From: a bacterium
GTDB lineage: Bacteria; Bacillota_I; Bacilli_A; RFN20; CAG-826
DNA: 57,653 nucleotides
Reading direction: 5' to 3'
Assembly (NCBI GenBank): GCA_963633165.1
Contig: CAVGXP010000029.1
Coordinates: forward strand, 1 to 57,653
Shown: positions 54,469 to 57,653 of the stretch, in pieces
How the letters are laid out: the number at the start of each line of letters is the position of its first letter
How positions within the stretch are numbered: the stretch's first letter is position 1
Translations under genes and position numbers: made by a program
The notes under the pieces: generated by a model
What the model was told of the DNA's origin: nothing
Seen by the model: the letters and a program-made list of their open reading frames with translations, nothing else
Databases searched by the model: none

Positions 54469-56148
54469 TTATTCAGCTTTCTTCTTGTTAACGAAGACCA
54501 ATCCAGCGACAACCACTCCTCCGAGGGCAAGGAAGCCAAGGGAAGACATCGAAGCCCAATCCGCGGTTTTGACGGCGGACAAAGGAGATCCTTTGCCGTT
54601 GGTCGGATTGATGCTTGCATCCCAATAGTCATAGACGGCCTTGGCTTCAGCGTATTTAGTATGGATGTTGAAGAGCTGCTGGGCTTTATCGCTCAATTCA
54701 TCGTAAGCGGTCGCGGCGTACTCATATTTGGTTTTGCAGCTGTCCCCTTCTTCCGGATCGCCAGAATAGGGAGTGATCCAGGTGGCGACGAAGTTATCGA
54801 CTTCGGTGAAGAGGGAATCGCTGATTTCCGAAATGGAATACGTCATGGAAATAAGCTTAACGCCTTTAGCAATGTTACTAATCTCAAAGGAAATCGAATC
54901 GGCAAAGACGGAAGAAGAGGAGGAAACGGTGACGTTGTTACTGCTGTTCAATGCACCGGTTCCAATAACGGTTGAGCCGGCTTTAATAACGATGTCGCCG
55001 GCGGCGCTGCTGTTACCGCTAAAGTTAGCAACGACGGAATCGACGGAATAAAAATCGTTCAGAGCGCCTTTTACCAAAATCGAAGAAGCGGGCTTGTCTT
55101 TTGAGCCAATTTGAGAAAAATTCGGATTAGCGGTAAAGGAAGTTGTCCCAGTAGCGGCACCCGTCCAAACAATCCCCTCCGAGTCTTCGAAAGTCGCGGA
55201 TGCAGTTTTGAAGTTCCACGAACCATTAGCGCTTCCAAAAGAAATGGTCACGGGTTCATTAGATTTATCAGCGACGGTGATAACTCCATCGAAGGAGGCG
55301 ACGACCGAGCCTGAGGAGTCTTTTACGGACACCGTGTAGGCAGTGCTACCAATAGATTTGGCGGATACGTTAAGTGTGGTCTTGTCTTCTGTGATAGAAA
55401 CCTCAGCAACGGAAGAATCGACAACCGACGCTTCATAGCTACAGTCGGTAGGCAAATTCGAAGTAACCAAAGAATAAGACGCGGTTTTATTGGGCCTGAG
55501 GTCAATCTCAGAGCCGTCAGTGACCGTAACGCTAGGCTTTGGCTCTTCAGACGTCGTCTTATAGGTGATTTTAAACTGAACCTGAGAATTATTGGCATTT
55601 GTGACTTGATACCAGAAATACTTCGCGCCTTCCGGGAGTTTGGGGGTCAAATCATAGACAGAATCTAGTTTTGAAAGCGTTCCGGTGTACTGAGCCAATT
55701 TGGAAGGGTATTCAGAAATAAGGTCGCTACTAAAATAAACACCAATAGAAACTGCGGTGCTCGCTCCTTTGTTGGCGTAAATCTCAAAGGATTCGATTCC
55801 GCTTCCAAAAGGCGTTGTATTGTAAATGTAAGCACCTTTCTTGCCGATAAGAACCGCGGACTTGTCCTTCGCAAGCTTATTTGAACCGCTTGACCCCTGC
55901 TTTTTCGCCCCTTTTGAGAATACATACTCAATCTCATCATCCGATGTGATGGTAGTGTCTTTCGTTGTTGCGGTGTCCGAAAGACCGTCCATATCCCCAT
56001 GAACATAGCTGGTTTGGACATCGGATTCAGCTTTCACCGCCACCGCTGCGTTATTGCCAAGCGAGGACATTCCTGCGCCAACGGCGAAGGAAGAGATGGA
56101 GACGGCTAAGGCCAACAGGCCTAAAGCGAGGATGGAATTCTTTTTCAT
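54469..56148 (-). CDS. Secreted/surface protein with an N-terminal signal peptide and a C-terminal TM anchor
   Basis: Start at ATG 56148 with AAGGAG 7 nt upstream. MKKNSILALGLLALAVS signal peptide, an S/T/V-rich beta-type body, and a C-terminal LGFLALGGVVVAGLVFVNKKKAE anchor. There is no LPXTG. Confidence 0.6.
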   Translation of the reverse strand: MKKNSILALGLLALAVSISSFAVGAGMSSLGNNAAVAVKAESDVQTSYVHGDMDGLSDTATTKDTTITSDDEIEYVFSKGAKKQGSSGSNKLAKDKSAVLIGKKGAYIYNTTPFGSGIESFEIYANKGASTAVSIGVYFSSDLISEYPSKLAQYTGTLSKLDSVYDLTPKLPEGAKYFWYQVTNANNSQVQFKITYKTTSEEPKPSVTVTDGSEIDLRPNKTASYSLVTSNLPTDCSYEASVVDSSVAEVSITEDKTTLNVSAKSIGSTAYTVSVKDSSGSVVASFDGVITVADKSNEPVTISFGSANGSWNFKTASATFEDSEGIVWTGAATGTTSFTANPNFSQIGSKDKPASSILVKGALNDFYSVDSVVANFSGNSSAAGDIVIKAGSTVIGTGALNSSNNVTVSSSSSVFADSISFEISNIAKGVKLISMTYSISEISDSLFTEVDNFVATWITPYSGDPEEGDSCKTKYEYAATAYDELSDKAQQLFNIHTKYAEAKAVYDYWDASINPTNGKGSPLSAVKTADWASMSSLGFLALGGVVVAGLVFVNKKKAE

Positions 56149-56311
56149 TCTTTTACTCCTTTTGGGCAAAGGGTTTCGAAGAAAAACGCCGAAAAGGGGA
56201 TATTTACCCTTTTGCTGATGTCTGACTTTTTCCTTTGGAAACCAAAATTCACGGCCCTTTTATAACAAAGCTGAATACTTTTTTCCACCCTGCTTTAGAT
56301 TGATAAATGCC

Positions 56312-56368
56312 ATAAAAAGAAAACCGCCCTTTGTATCGGTATTTTTCACCGATTGTAGAAAGCGGTTT
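56312..56368 (-). terminator. Candidate terminator after the nuclease gene
   Basis: Minus-strand nested hairpins (AAACCGC...GCGGTTT enclosing ATCGGT...ACCGAT) followed by TCTTTTTAT. Confidence 0.45.
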
Positions 56369-56402
56369 CATTATTTTCGTAAAAACTAAGAGGCGGAAAG
56401 GC

Positions 56403-57653
56403 TTAGCTACGAACCCCTGTGTCGCTCCAAATGGCGTCGGCGAAGGAGGGGCTATCGACGAAGGGGTTACGGCCATAACCGTTTTTGCATAGGTAGTTGT
56501 TGATCTGCTTTTCGATGGCGTTAGGAGCGTATTCCCTGTTCCATTTCAAGAGGGTTGAGAGCCTGCCCATGGTTTTGTTGGAGGCGTCGTCGGTATTCTT
56601 ATCGACAAGCTCAAAGTTATAACTGCCCCCATAATAGGCCGTCGCGGCATAGAGGATGACCCTAGCGGCCTCCCCCCTGGCTCCTTCGAACCCGCAGGAA
56701 GCAGGATCCCAAGTGCCGGAAGACCCATCGCCATAGAAGTTGTTTCCTCTGCTAGAATTCTCCGCATTCAGCGTAGGACGAATGATGAAGGGATCGGCGC
56801 CAGGCCCGGATTTTCCAGAACCTCTGGAATTGGGCCAGGTGTGCTCCCTGTTGCAAGAACTCGTCGTGGTTGTCAAAGCACCGCTTCCGCCGACTTCGGG
56901 CGAGCAATGATAGAACGGAACGAAAGTCGAGGAGCCTTCGGGATATCTCGCGGCATCCGCCCCGACGCTGAGGCAGGCGCTGTAGCTGCAGGTTTTGGTC
57001 TTGTATTTCAAAATCGCGGTCTGCAGATCGGCGCGGAGGGAATTCCCGATTTTGGTAAGATCGATGTTGGCCCAAGCTTCGCTAGGAGTAACATCTGGAA
57101 TACTGGTGTCCGTTGAAGAGGAGGAGGAACCATCGTCGGTTTTCTCAACATAGGCGGGGACGGCGAAATAGACGATGCACTTATCTTTATTGTCGTAACC
57201 GCAGAAAGAGCCGTTGTAATACTCGACATAGACCCCGTCTTCGCCTTCGATGTGGAATTCAGTCTCGGTGTCGGAGGTGACGTTGAAATATGTCGCGGTG
57301 TCTTTGGTGCCGATGTTGTTGTGGGTGCCAACTTTCCCCGACCAGAGATACCCTGCCCCGTTAGGCAAAGCGATGGAGAAGGAAGAATCGGAATTCCAAT
57401 CCAAGGTCAAAAGGGCGACCGAGGAATTCAAAGCGACGGAGGTTGAATTGATGGTCTCCATGTCCACGCCGACGTGGTACCAGGAATAATTCTCTTTGGC
57501 CTGGCCGGTGTAGCCCATAAACGTCGAACCGTTTTTGGCGAGCATAACGACGTTCTTGTGGTTCCTAAGCTGTTCGACGTTGTTTATCAAAACATAGGCA
57601 TTAGGTTCGTGGTCAAGGGAGTCCGAGGAGCTTTGAGCGGAAGATTGACTAGA
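56403..57653 (-). CDS. Secreted Endonuclease-I-family-like nuclease with an extra N-terminal domain; the 5' end lies outside the window
   Basis: The frame stays open upstream of the track's TTG start all the way to the window edge. The C-terminal CNREHTWPNSRG...NSSRGNNFYG pattern resembles the EHxWP/N..RGN core of extracellular Endonuclease I. Confidence 0.55.
   Translation of the reverse strand, partial: SSQSSAQSSSDSLDHEPNAYVLINNVEQLRNHKNVVMLAKNGSTFMGYTGQAKENYSWYHVGVDMETINSTSVALNSSVALLTLDWNSDSSFSIALPNGAGYLWSGKVGTHNNIGTKDTATYFNVTSDTETEFHIEGEDGVYVEYYNGSFCGYDNKDKCIVYFAVPAYVEKTDDGSSSSSTDTSIPDVTPSEAWANIDLTKIGNSLRADLQTAILKYKTKTCSYSACLSVGADAARYPEGSSTFVPFYHCSPEVGGSGALTTTTSSCNREHTWPNSRGSGKSGPGADPFIIRPTLNAENSSRGNNFYGDGSSGTWDPASCGFEGARGEAARVILYAATAYYGGSYNFELVDKNTDDASNKTMGRLSTLLKWNREYAPNAIEKQINNYLCKNGYGRNPFVDSPSFADAIWSDTGVRS

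Overview
This 57.6-kb bacterial chromosomal window is densely coding, with about 45 intact protein genes and 4 tRNAs. I found no CRISPR array, IS element, transposase, integrase or phage genes. From left to right it contains: (i) a truncated lipoprotein gene and the conserved rimP-nusA-ylxR-ylxQ-infB-rbfA operon. (ii) A lipid-themed operon of a GT4 glycosyltransferase, DegV, a lipoprotein metallophosphoesterase and a polytopic membrane protein, preceded by tRNA-Thr. (iii) A roughly 10-kb gene chain with mostly overlapping or closely spaced start and stop codons: Nudix-like, cls, Fe-ADH, galM, galT, galK, malQ, rimO. (iv) A plus-strand block with an HMA protein, a heterodimeric ABC exporter and exonuclease III. 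(v) A lower-GC segment with a membrane GT2 overlapping an atypical P-type ATPase, a second GT4, and an orphan PD-(D/E)xK nuclease-like gene next to a tRNA-Asp/tRNA-Phe operon. (vi) Rubrerythrin, a PlsC-like acyltransferase and an unconventional initiator tRNA. (vii) An alpha-galactosidase / GH2 / GPH-permease sugar locus. (viii) The most interesting locus: rex-adhE runs straight into an hfsABCD-like module of a [2Fe-2S] protein, a PAS-containing sensory [FeFe]-hydrogenase homologue, a PP2C phosphatase and a second [FeFe]-hydrogenase. (ix) A surface protein and a secreted Endonuclease-I-like nuclease at the right edge. The ORF track uses alternative start codons (TTG and probably GTG), so many listed ORFs carry spurious N-terminal extensions. 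I re-set starts where an ATG with a Shine-Dalgarno sequence or an ATGA overlap was visible. Several features hint at a wall-less, anaerobic, Mollicutes-related Bacilli lineage, but this is only inference. These features are lipobox lipoproteins, a C-terminal TM anchor instead of LPXTG, glycolipid-type glycosyltransferases, an AU/GC/GC initiator tRNA and a short IF-2. All family assignments come from motif recognition by eye; no database search was run.
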